64,000 nucleotides of DNA. Source: Eggerthellaceae bacterium UBA3686. Its GTDB lineage: Bacteria > Actinomycetota > Coriobacteriia > Coriobacteriales > Eggerthellaceae. The stretch is from NCBI GenBank assembly GCA_002371495.1, contig DFIX01000019.1, forward strand, positions 30,207 through 94,206. Direction: 5' to 3'. Position numbers and translations under genes: made by a program. How positions within the stretch are numbered: the stretch's first letter is position 1; the number at the start of each line of letters is the position of its first letter. The notes under the pieces are model-generated. The model was not told the DNA's origin and made no database searches. It was given only the letters and a program-made list of their open reading frames with translations. Shown piece after piece: positions 8,758 through 17,047 of this stretch.

Positions 8758-9150
8758 ACTGTTACTCCTTTTCTCGTTTACCCTCGGAAACAAAGAGACT
8801 TATACGCCGCGACCTTACGGTTGCATCGCTCTGATCGAACCCGATTAGAATCGGCTCTAGGGGTAAGCCAGCACCTTTCGGATACGTCAGACAGCTAATC
8901 GATTTACCTTACCCTCCCGTTTGCTCGCACCAATCGGCAAGTGGCTGGAATGGTGTTTGCATATTTGGCCAGGTAAATGACGAGCAGCCGAAATTCCTCT
9001 TCGCTTCCCTTTTAATACTGCTGGTACCACTCGCAATCTCATTGGTTTCATCTGGGGCAATGAGCGTAGTAATACCAACGTGCCTATTCTAGCAGCATTG
9101 TGAATCTTGGCAAGCAACGTATTTGCTGATGCCTTAATCTATTTTCAGAA

Positions 9151-9162
9151 TATAAGTGAACA
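9151..9162 (-). promoter_or_regulatory. TGTTCACTTATA element upstream of the Mo-enzyme operon (candidate -10 region or operator)
   Basis: Minus strand reads aaTGTTCACTTATAttc. A near-identical TGTTCACACTTATA occurs on the plus strand at 10606-10619, upstream of the MFS gene. Confidence 0.35.
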
Positions 9163-9213
9163 TTGCACAGTTCGTGCCGTTTTATGACAATTCGTTGCCT
9201 CGATGATATAGAA

Positions 9214-9239
9214 CGGGCCACCTCTGTTGAGGCGGCCCG
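9214..9239 (-). terminator. hairpin downstream of the FKBP gene
   Basis: Minus strand reads CGGGCCGCCTC-AACA-GAGGTGGCCCG followed by TTCTATAT, a weak U tract. Confidence 0.5.
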
Positions 9240-9263
9240 ACATCCTGGTATTTGCAGCTGTAT

Positions 9264-9749
9264 TTATAAGCCGTATTGCGCGGCGAATTCGCTGCCGTCG
9301 TGCTTCACGGGCGGCTTCCAATCACCCTCGGGCTCTTCAACCGAAAGGATTTCGACCTCGAAGGTGAGGTTCTTGCCCGCCAGAGGGTGGTTCATGTCGA
9401 ATGTGACTTCCTTCTCGGTGATGTTTTTAATGGTGACGGGGAACTTCTCGCCGTCGTCACCCGTCATCCAGATGCGCATGCCGATTTCGATGTTCTTCAG
9501 CGGCACCTGCTCGACCGGAACGGCCTCGAGCAACCCGTCGAGGTATTCGCCGTAGCCGTCGTATTCGTTGAGGGTGAACGTCTTCTTCTCGCCGGCCTCC
9601 ATGGTCATGATCTCGCGCTCGAAACCGGGGATGGTCAGATCCATGCCGGTCTGGAACTCCATGGGCTGTTCGGTCTTTGCATAACCGAATACGGTGCCAT
9701 CGTCGAGGGTGCCCGTGTACAGCAGTCGGACAGTCGAGCCAAGTTTCAT
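9264..9749 (-). CDS. FKBP-type peptidyl-prolyl cis-trans isomerase, SlyD-like (FKBP domain with IF-flap insert)
   Basis: 161 aa. Starts VRLLYTGTLDDGTVF and ends ...FDMNHPLAGKNLTFEVEILSVEE, the typical SlyD-type architecture. No His-rich tail. Confidence 0.85.
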   Translation of the reverse strand: MKLGSTVRLLYTGTLDDGTVFGYAKTEQPMEFQTGMDLTIPGFEREIMTMEAGEKKTFTLNEYDGYGEYLDGLLEAVPVEQVPLKNIEIGMRIWMTGDDGEKFPVTIKNITEKEVTFDMNHPLAGKNLTFEVEILSVEEPEGDWKPPVKHDGSEFAAQYGL

Positions 9750-10078
9750 CGTGTCGTCTCCTTCTATTTAATAGCCAATGAGCATACGCTAGCTTAGGCG
9801 AAATCGAACCGATTGTCCATGCAACAAAAAAGGCCGCGATGCGACCTAATAGTCCGGTGGGGTCGAAAGCAAAGCATTCGACCCCACAAAGGACTTACTA
9901 CTATGCGCAACTTTCGTCGCATTTGCACCTTAAGGCAAGTGCTGCCTCGATCTGGCCAGATCATTTTGTGCTCGTCAGTGGATGCCCGCTACATCCGCCC
10001 CTACCAAATGGCTAGGTACCCTGACGAACAGCCAAGTGTTCCCCTATAAGCACCTGACTTGCACTCGAAATACCGAGC

Positions 10079-10333
10079 TTACGCGCCGGGGGCCTTGGGG
10101 GCGCCGGGGGCCTTGGGGGCGCCAGGAGCGCCGGGGGCCTTGGGGGCGCCAGGAGCGCCAGCTGCAGGAGCCGCGCCGGGCAGAGGCTTCTCGCCGTTCA
10201 GGTACGGGGTGAAGTCTTCCTTGCAGAACGGGCACTTGTCAAGCGTAATGCCCGCCATCATCTGGATGGGCTTCCCGCATCCAGGGCACTTCATCGGGCC
10301 GCCGCCGCCAGCATCAGATGGTCTAAAGCACAT
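10079..10333 (-). CDS. small zinc-ribbon protein with a C-terminal (A/G)PGAPK repeat tail
   Basis: 84 aa. ATG at 10333 has AAGGAGG 7 nt upstream. CPGCG...CPFC forms a four-Cys ribbon. The tail reads GAAPAAGAPGAPKAPGAPGAPKAPGAPKAPGA. Confidence 0.6.
   Translation of the reverse strand: MCFRPSDAGGGGPMKCPGCGKPIQMMAGITLDKCPFCKEDFTPYLNGEKPLPGAAPAAGAPGAPKAPGAPGAPKAPGAPKAPGA
10083..10160. repeat. imperfect 18/27-nt tandem repeat encoding the PGAPK tail
   Basis: GCGCCGGGGGCCTTGGGG occurs at 10083-10100 and 10101-10118. A 27-nt variant with a GCGCCAGGA insertion follows. Confidence 0.8.
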
Positions 10334-10568
10334 AAGATTCCTCCTTCATCGGATTTGCTCGAACGAAAAAGACATCGCTCGGGCCTTACTGCGCCACGCG
10401 CCCTGCCCCATTCCAGAGCGTTATGACTTGCTCACATTATAATCAACTTGCAACTATTTTTGCGCGGAACTTTCGCCCCTGTCGGTCAGATGAACGCCAA
10501 AGGCGCCCGAAACCATGCCTTGCTGAGGTTTCGAAGCCTCTGCCCTAGCGGCGTTTGCGCCTACTATA

Positions 10569-10619
10569 TATAAGTGTAAAGCGTGCTCAGAAATTAATTA
10601 ACTCGTGTTCACACTTATA
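10569..10619 (+). promoter_or_regulatory. AT-rich inverted repeat (TATAAGTGT ... ACACTTATA) upstream of the MFS gene; candidate operator or promoter
   Basis: Perfect 9-bp arms at 10569-10577 and 10611-10619 flank an AATTAATT centre. This is the only strongly AT-rich patch in this intergenic region. Confidence 0.35.
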
Positions 10620-10985
10620 GTACGAGCAGCGGCTCTCTGTGTTATTATGCTCTGATGTAGGTTTCGTGAGCGAATGCCTACAAATGAGCGCTTGGCTTAG
10701 GGGTGAAGATTCATCAGGCCTTGCGCATCGTAGAAAGAGAATCGTAGAAAGGAGGATCCCTGCAGTCGTTTCTTCCGTCCCATCGCTTCCACGCGGCGGG
10801 TCCGCTGTTTAGGGGACAGCTTGAATACGGAGGCGTCCGTAAGTCATGAATGCGAATGCGTCCGTGATTTCCCGCCCGCAAGCGCGCAGACGGTATTGCC
10901 ACTGCAGTGAGAGCTGAGGCTCACGGCTTCAAATCAATTGGGGATAGAAGCCGCTTACTTGAATAATCCTTTAAAGGAGGGATTG

Positions 10986-12707
10986 ATGGATAACAAAGAG
11001 TTTACCGTCTCTGAGGTTATCGACTCATTCGGTATCAACGGTCATACCTGGCTGATGTTCATCCTGCTGGGCCTGGCAAACATCTTCGACGGTTATGACT
11101 TCATGGTCATTAACGTCACGAACAGCTACGTCGCAGCCACGTTCTGGCCCGACGCTTTCGCGCTGAACGACGCTGGCAAGATGGCTCTTCAGCCGCAGTA
11201 CTCGGCCCTCATGGGCTCGCTGACCACCTGGGGCCTGCTGGGCATGGTGCTCGGCGGTGCTACCGGCGGCATCCTCTCTGACCGCATTGGTCGTAAGAAG
11301 ATGCTGACCATCGCCGTTCTGTTCTACGGCGTGTTCACCCTGCCGCAGGCGTTCGCTAACGACGTGTACTTCTTCGCAGCGTTCCGTCTGATCGCCGGCT
11401 TCGGCGTCGGCTCCTGCATCCCGGTTGTTACGACCTGCTTCTCTGAGACCATCCCGTCTCAGCACCGTGGCGTGTTCGTGACCTTCGGCATGGCCTTCAT
11501 GGTCGCCGGCTGGGTGCTCGCAGGCCTGATCGGCAACCCGATTGCTTCGAACACCGCTTCGATCATCCCTGGCTTCACCGATGGTGCCATCAAGACCGCA
11601 GCTTCCCTGCGTCCTGACGGAACCGAGGTCATCTTCTGCCAGAACTGGCGCCTTTGCTACCTGATCGGCGCTCTGCCCATCGTGTACGGCATTGCCCTGT
11701 TCTTCCTGATGCATGAAACTCCGCACTGGTACGCCAACAGTGGCCAGAAGGAGAAGGCTTGCCAGGCTCTTATGGACATCGCCCATAAGCATCATGACGA
11801 CAAGGCTCATTACGACGCCAACCTGCTCGTCGTTCCTCCGAAACCTGCAAACGTCGGCCCGAACGTACTGTTCTCCAAGAAGTACATCGTCGCTACCGCT
11901 GCTATTTGGTGCACCTACTTCGTGGGCCAGTTCTGCGTGTACGGCATGAACGCTTGGATTCCGACCTGGTTCCAGGGCGTTGGCTACTCTGCAGCTGACT
12001 CCACGAACCTGCAGACTTGGAACAACTTCGCAGCTATCCTTTCGAACGTGTCCGTAGGCTTCGTCTCTGACCGCATCGGCCGTAAGAAGAACCTCGCCGC
12101 GTCCTGGATTGCCTGCATCGTCGCCATCGTTCTGTGCTCGATGTTCGTCCAGCCCAACAACATGGTGCTGTGCGTCATCCTGATGCTGCTGTTCGGCTTC
12201 TGCCTGAACTACGCCATCACGGCTGTCCAGCCGCTGATGCCCGAGAGCTATCCGACCGCCCTGCGTAACACCGGCGTCGCTTGGTGCCAGGCGTTCGCTC
12301 GCTTCGGTGGTTCCGGCTCCTCCATCGTCCTCGGCGCAATCGCTGGTTCTGCTATGTTCCAGACCGACGGTGCCACCAACTGGTCGATGGTCGTGCTCGT
12401 CCTCATCGTTCCGTTCATCCTCGGCTTCATCTGCACGATCCTGTTCGTGCGCGAGACCGGCGGCAAGACGATGGACCAGCTGGCTGCAGAAGCAACGACC
12501 GAAGACAAGTCCGATACTGGTCAGACTCAGTTCATCATCATGATGATCGTGGCTGCCATCCTCTTCGTCCTCTGCATCGTTTGCCCGCTCGTGGTTAACG
12601 GTTGGTCGAAGAGCCCGATGGCTCTGCCGCTGATGACCATCGGCATGCTGCTCCCGTTCGTCTACTTCTTCATCTTCGCAACTCCGCAGATCAAGAACTC
12701 CAAGTAG
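10986..12707 (+). CDS. MFS transporter, aromatic-acid/H+ symporter-like, with an extra C-terminal membrane module
   Basis: ATG 10986 is preceded by AAAGGAGGG. Duplicated motif A: SDRIGRKKMLT and SDRIGRKKNLA. After the usual end (RETGGKTMDQL) come about 70 further residues with two hydrophobic segments. Confidence 0.9.
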   Translation: MDNKEFTVSEVIDSFGINGHTWLMFILLGLANIFDGYDFMVINVTNSYVAATFWPDAFALNDAGKMALQPQYSALMGSLTTWGLLGMVLGGATGGILSDRIGRKKMLTIAVLFYGVFTLPQAFANDVYFFAAFRLIAGFGVGSCIPVVTTCFSETIPSQHRGVFVTFGMAFMVAGWVLAGLIGNPIASNTASIIPGFTDGAIKTAASLRPDGTEVIFCQNWRLCYLIGALPIVYGIALFFLMHETPHWYANSGQKEKACQALMDIAHKHHDDKAHYDANLLVVPPKPANVGPNVLFSKKYIVATAAIWCTYFVGQFCVYGMNAWIPTWFQGVGYSAADSTNLQTWNNFAAILSNVSVGFVSDRIGRKKNLAASWIACIVAIVLCSMFVQPNNMVLCVILMLLFGFCLNYAITAVQPLMPESYPTALRNTGVAWCQAFARFGGSGSSIVLGAIAGSAMFQTDGATNWSMVVLVLIVPFILGFICTILFVRETGGKTMDQLAAEATTEDKSDTGQTQFIIMMIVAAILFVLCIVCPLVVNGWSKSPMALPLMTIGMLLPFVYFFIFATPQIKNSK

Positions 12708-12751
12708 TTGACGCGCGTAGCGCATTGGCTTATCGATACCGATTTGCCTGC

Positions 12752-12786
12752 AAGGAAGCCCCAGAAATCTGGGGCTTCCTTTTTTC
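12752..12786 (+). terminator. Rho-independent terminator of the MFS gene
   Basis: AAGGAAGCCCCA-GAAATC-TGGGGCTTCCTT followed by TTTTT. Confidence 0.85.
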
Positions 12787-13117
12787 GATTGTCTGCCATT
12801 TGCTGTTACTGTTCGCTCTGGCCTCTCGATCGTCCGCCCAGGTCGGCGGCAGGGCGCTAGAAGATATGACCGATGATTAACCGGTCGGAGCCTCCCTTTC
12901 TGAATGTTCGTGGGTTAGGCCTACAGCTCCTAGCGTTTTTCGTAAATTAGAAGTCAGTAGCGGCGGTTGTCGGCTACGCACCCAGTCGCCGACCTGGTCT
13001 ACTGCGGCCTGAAAAGAAAACATTTGCTGAAGCAGAGCACGAATCGGCTAGCGCGTAGCGACACATTCCCTGATATACTTGGAGAGCTAAACCGCCCTAC
13101 ATACACAGAGGTCTTAT

Positions 13118-13459
13118 ATGGCAAAGATATCCAAAAAGCAACGCTCTGCACTCAGGCAAATTGACGCGCTGGAGGCTAAGCGCAAGCGCGAAATGATACT
13201 GGGACTCGTATCCATCGTCGTCATGGCCGGGCTCATCATCTTATACAACCTGTTTACATATCAACTCGGCATCATCGACCCAGGAAACCAGGTACTTCGC
13301 GCCATCTTGTACACTATCGCCATGGTAATAGCCGGCTACTGCGGCATTATGTTCATGCGCGGTTCGAAGAAGAAACGCGAAATAGACGGCCTACGCCAAA
13401 GTACCGGAATATCGCGCGAGACACTCGAGGCCTGGAAACGCGGAGAGTACAACGAATAG
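13118..13459 (+). CDS. small two-TM membrane protein, hypothetical
   Basis: 113 aa with two hydrophobic stretches (ILGLVSIVVMAGLIILYNLF and AILYTIAMVIAGYCGIMFM) between basic termini. Confidence 0.6.
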   Translation: MAKISKKQRSALRQIDALEAKRKREMILGLVSIVVMAGLIILYNLFTYQLGIIDPGNQVLRAILYTIAMVIAGYCGIMFMRGSKKKREIDGLRQSTGISRETLEAWKRGEYNE

Positions 13460-13486
13460 CGCTTCGTCGCTCCCCTTTTTGCAAAG

Positions 13487-13538
13487 ACAATCGCCTGACA
13501 AGCCGATATCGAACTGATACGTCTTGTCAGGCGATTGT
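13487..13538. terminator. 16-bp stem hairpin between convergent genes
   Basis: ACAATCGCCTGACAAG (13487-13502) pairs with CTTGTCAGGCGATTGT (13523-13538). No strong U tract on either side. Confidence 0.5.
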
Positions 13539-13584
13539 TGTTGCGTTCGAGCGGTTTTTCATGCGCAGCTATAACCGCGCCCTG

Positions 13585-14193
13585 TTATCGTCCTTGCTGG
13601 CGCGCCTCTTCTTCGGCATCTTTCATGGCGAGGATCTCCTCGTAGGTGATGCCCTTGTTGGTGAAGATGCGCCTCTTCCATTTCTCGAGGCCCGTGTACT
13701 CTATGGGTTCGCCTTCGCTTTTTCCCTTGTAGCTTTCCTTAATGGCCATTGCGATTACGCAGCATGCGGCAATGCGTAGCTTCGAGATGTCTTTCACCTT
13801 TATTTCGAGGCAGTGACCGTGGTCGCGGAATTTGACACGCCCAATGCGGACGTCGAGCTTGCCCGTGCCTTCGTTGCGGAAATCGAGCGGTGGGTCCTGA
13901 ATGGAGCCGCAGATATCCCATAGCATGCCCTTGAAGAAGTAATGCTCGAAGATCGTATACGTATGCAACTCGTATTCGTAACGTTCTACGCCCACAAAAT
14001 ACGTGAGCGTATTGGGGTCGAAGCGGATTCGCGCCATTTGCCCGCCCAGTCGGTTATAGATCTCGACGCGGTCGTTTTCCTTTGTCCACGCAGACTTCAC
14101 CGTCAGAAATACATCGCCGTCGGCATACCACAGATTGAAGTCTTCGCGCTTGTCGATAGCATCGACTTGCATGTAAACTCGGTTGTTTCTCAA
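13585..14193 (-). CDS. hypothetical 202-aa protein; possibly a LURP-one/YxjI (tubby-like) fold
   Basis: ORF with an alternating beta-strand-like pattern. WDICGSIQDPPLDFRNEGTGKLDVRIGRV...CLEIKV...LRIAACCVIAMAIKE resembles the YxjI/LOR repeat pattern from memory only. Confidence 0.5.
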   Translation of the reverse strand: MRNNRVYMQVDAIDKREDFNLWYADGDVFLTVKSAWTKENDRVEIYNRLGGQMARIRFDPNTLTYFVGVERYEYELHTYTIFEHYFFKGMLWDICGSIQDPPLDFRNEGTGKLDVRIGRVKFRDHGHCLEIKVKDISKLRIAACCVIAMAIKESYKGKSEGEPIEYTGLEKWKRRIFTNKGITYEEILAMKDAEEEARQQGR

Positions 14194-14302
14194 CAGAAGC
14201 TCCTCGCTCGATTTGACGTTCGTAGATTATACACGGTTTCAGAACCCCGAACGCCACTAGCAAGACGAGCAGCATTCGTGAAATCGTTCTTGCGAAATCG
14301 TT

Positions 14303-15034
14303 TTAGCGCCTGAGTATTACGTAGGCGTTAAGAGCACCGTCGCGACCATCGGCTTCGTAGCGCTCGACCAGCTCGAAATCGTTTGCAACCTCGGCTATGA
14401 GCGCATCGACTTCCTGCACGGTAAAATGATGACAGTAACGCAGGGCGTCGGGGTCGTCTTGCCATCCGAGCAGGTAATCGCCCTCATCAAGCACGGCATC
14501 AATTTTGACGCGGGCGCGCTCGGTGGTCTTCTTGGCCTTGGAGGCGAGCTTGCGGTCGTTCATGAACTGCCAAAACGACAAGCACAAGTATCCGGCGGGC
14601 TTGACCTGCGCACACATCTGCCGCAGGAGCTCGGCGCGCAACTCGTAGCTCGGAACATGGTGCATGAACCCGAAAGCTATCACCAAATCGCATTCGGGCA
14701 CGCTGTTCTCGGCGAAAACGTTTCGATCGCGCATAAGCGCTTCTATGATGTCGGCCTCGATCAGGTTGGCGCCGAGCGAGTCGTCCCAAAGCTCGGGGCA
14801 TGAGTCTACGCAATAACAAAGCGGCACTGAATCTGGATTCGAATCGGCGAGGAAACGCTCGAATCGGAGATTTCCGCAGGCAACGTCAAGGACGGACCCC
14901 GGCGTTTCCGAAATGGCGACCAGATGCTCCCAGCCTGGCCAGGGAACCGTGCGCGTCGCCGAGAAAGAGACCGCATTCTGAGCATAGAAACGCCGGTTGA
15001 TTTCGTTGAGTTCTCGCGCTGATCGAATATCCAT
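14303..15034 (-). CDS. class I SAM-dependent methyltransferase, Trm9/ALKBH8-MTase-like
   Basis: 244 aa from ATG 15034 (track ORF to 15109). INRRFYAQNAVSFSATRTVPWPGWEHLVAISETPGSVLDVACGNLRF matches the Trm9 N-terminal pattern (Y..IA..FS.TR...WP.V..FL...P.GS...D.GCGNGKY). Divergent from the Elp3 gene. Confidence 0.75.
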   Translation of the reverse strand: MDIRSARELNEINRRFYAQNAVSFSATRTVPWPGWEHLVAISETPGSVLDVACGNLRFERFLADSNPDSVPLCYCVDSCPELWDDSLGANLIEADIIEALMRDRNVFAENSVPECDLVIAFGFMHHVPSYELRAELLRQMCAQVKPAGYLCLSFWQFMNDRKLASKAKKTTERARVKIDAVLDEGDYLLGWQDDPDALRYCHHFTVQEVDALIAEVANDFELVERYEADGRDGALNAYVILRR

Positions 15035-15123
15035 GCATCTATTGTATAGCATGCAATTGCGCAAAAGCGTCGAGATGGACTTATTCGGCGCTGTGAAGGC
15101 AAGCAGCACTGCCGATACCGCAT

Positions 15124-16953
15124 TTGGTTTACCATGACATCATGCAACAAGTGATAACGCAAATACTCGACGAGCTCAGGGCCGGCCATACGCTCGACGC
15201 CACGCAAATCGACTCACTTCTGCGCGCGCGTGCGCGCGGCGTGCCAGACGGACGCAAAGCATTCGCCAAGAAGCGGATTCTCCCCTACTACCTGCACGTC
15301 AGGCATTGTGAGCCCGAACTGTTCGAAAGCTGGAACGTCGACGAGCACCTCGACGAGCTGTTCGTAAAGACGATGCAGATGAAGCCCCGCAGGACGGCGT
15401 CAGGCGTTGCCACGATAACGGCCATTACCAAACCGTGGCCCTGTTCGAGCAATTGCATCTACTGCCCGAACGACATCCGCATGCCCAAGAGCTACCTGCA
15501 CGACGAGCCAGCCTGTCAACGGGCCGAGCGCAACTTCTTCGATCCGTACCTGCAGGTCTCGGCGCGTCTTCATGCGCTCGAGCACATGGGACATGCGACC
15601 GACAAAGTCGAGCTCATCGTGCTCGGCGGCACGTGGAGCGATTATGCCCCGGCGTATCGCATATGGTTCGTTCAGAACCTCTTTAGGGCACTAAACGATT
15701 CGCGGGACGAACGCGAGACGCACACACAAATGCTGAAAGCGCGTTACGGCGAGCTCGGGCTCGAAAGCGACCCCGAAGCGCTCAAACACAGGTCCGAGAC
15801 TTGGCAAAAGCGAATTGATGTTGGCGAGATCGACTACAACGAGGCTTTCGACCAACTCTACCGGCAAAGCGCCGCGTGGCGGCGAGCGAGCGAATCGCAA
15901 GTCAGTACGCTCGAGAAATTACAGCACCAGCACGCCTTGAACGAAAACGCCGAGCACCGCGTGGTCGGCTTGGTGGTCGAGACGCGCCCCGACGCCGTGA
16001 CCTGCGAACTGCTGCTAGAACTGCGCCAAATCGGCTGCACCAAGGTCCAGTTGGGCATACAGTCGCTCGATGACGCAATCTTGATGGCCAACGGGCGCCG
16101 CTGCGACGCATCAGCTGCCGAGCGCGCGCTTGGGCTCTGCCGGCTCTTCGGCTTCAAGACCCACGTCCATTTCATGCTGAACCTTTACGGCAGCACGCCC
16201 GAGTCCGACATCGCCGATTACCGGCGACTCGTGAGCGAACCGGGGTTGCTCCCCGACGAGGTGAAGCTCTATCCCTGTGCCCTCGTTGCGGGAACGAAGC
16301 TCGTAGCTTTTCACCAAAGCGGCGCCTGGCAACCATACAGCGAAGACGAGCTGATTTCGGTACTGTGCGCCGATATGGTCGCCACGCCGGCTTACATGCG
16401 CGTCTCACGCATGATACGCGACATTTCGGCCAAAGATATCCTGGTAGGGAACAAAAAGACGAATCTGCGGCAGCTCGTCGAACAGCAGCTCGCCGAAACG
16501 GGCGCTCAGGTGCGCGAGATACGCTACCGCGAAATCGGGACGCGCGATGTTGACCCAACCAAGCTCGAACTCTCGCAAATCGAGTACGAAACCGATCTGA
16601 CAAGCGAGCGTTTCCTTCAGTGGGTGACGCCAGAGGGGCGCATCGCGGGGTTCTTGCGGTTGTCGTTGCCCCATGCGGGCGCATTGGACCGCCTTGGACC
16701 AACGGCACCGCTCCACGAGGGCGAAGCCATGATTCGCGAGGTCCACGTGTACGGCTTTGCCGCCAAAATCGCCAAAGAGGGCACCTCGGCCCAGCACCAC
16801 GGACTCGGAAAAACGCTCGTTGCCACAGCATGCGACATCGCACGCGAACACGGCTACAATCGCATGAACGTAATCAGCGCCGTCGGAACACGCGGCTACT
16901 ACCGCAACCTCGGCTTCGAAGAAGCAGGCCTCTACCAACAAAAGAAGCTGTAA
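15124..16953 (+). CDS. elp3: Elp3-family radical-SAM / GNAT acetyltransferase (tRNA U34 cm5 modification enzyme homologue)
   Basis: KPRRTASGVATITAITKPWPCSSNCIYCP carries the Elp3-type Cx4Cx2C motif. The C-terminal GNAT block reads IREVHVYG...HHGLGKTLVATACDIAREHGYNRMNVISAVGTRGYYRNLGF. The track start is TTG 15124; the first ATG is at 15142. Confidence 0.85.
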   Translation: MVYHDIMQQVITQILDELRAGHTLDATQIDSLLRARARGVPDGRKAFAKKRILPYYLHVRHCEPELFESWNVDEHLDELFVKTMQMKPRRTASGVATITAITKPWPCSSNCIYCPNDIRMPKSYLHDEPACQRAERNFFDPYLQVSARLHALEHMGHATDKVELIVLGGTWSDYAPAYRIWFVQNLFRALNDSRDERETHTQMLKARYGELGLESDPEALKHRSETWQKRIDVGEIDYNEAFDQLYRQSAAWRRASESQVSTLEKLQHQHALNENAEHRVVGLVVETRPDAVTCELLLELRQIGCTKVQLGIQSLDDAILMANGRRCDASAAERALGLCRLFGFKTHVHFMLNLYGSTPESDIADYRRLVSEPGLLPDEVKLYPCALVAGTKLVAFHQSGAWQPYSEDELISVLCADMVATPAYMRVSRMIRDISAKDILVGNKKTNLRQLVEQQLAETGAQVREIRYREIGTRDVDPTKLELSQIEYETDLTSERFLQWVTPEGRIAGFLRLSLPHAGALDRLGPTAPLHEGEAMIREVHVYGFAAKIAKEGTSAQHHGLGKTLVATACDIAREHGYNRMNVISAVGTRGYYRNLGFEEAGLYQQKKL

Positions 16954-17047
16954 TCTGCTCGGCTACTCCGCACGTCCCGCGTAGCTACTGCCGCCTCAGC
17001 AGCATCAACGGCAATCCGAGGACTAGCCCTTATAACTGTTGCGTCCA

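Noticed and set aside
6388-8898. 836-aa plus-strand ORF antisense to the molybdopterin enzyme. Similar long antisense ORFs occur at 11025-12725, 29246-31339, 40179-41903, 44240-46447, 54812-56512, 56609-58714 and 59366-61456.
   Set aside because: They are rich in Arg, Ala, Gly, Val, His and Leu and contain no recognisable motif. They lie exactly opposite genes with clear family signatures. Such open antisense frames are expected in high-GC DNA.
8790-8900. Possible Moco riboswitch in the Mo-enzyme leader.
   Set aside because: Only a vague resemblance (cccctagagcc versus the remembered CCUCCGAGCC core). I could not reconstruct the conserved P1-P3 architecture by eye. It needs an Infernal scan before any call.
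8887-9117. 76-aa basic ORF in the Mo-enzyme leader.
   Set aside because: No RBS, an atypical composition and no homologue recognised. It is treated as part of a non-coding leader.
9858-9888. 11-bp stem hairpin GTGGGGTCGAA...TTCGACCCCAC between the zinc-ribbon gene and the FKBP gene, considered as a tRNA fragment or terminator.
   Set aside because: It has no tRNA-like context and no adjacent U tract. A weaker hairpin with a T run at about 9826-9846 (minus strand) is a better terminator candidate. Neither is strong enough to list as a feature.
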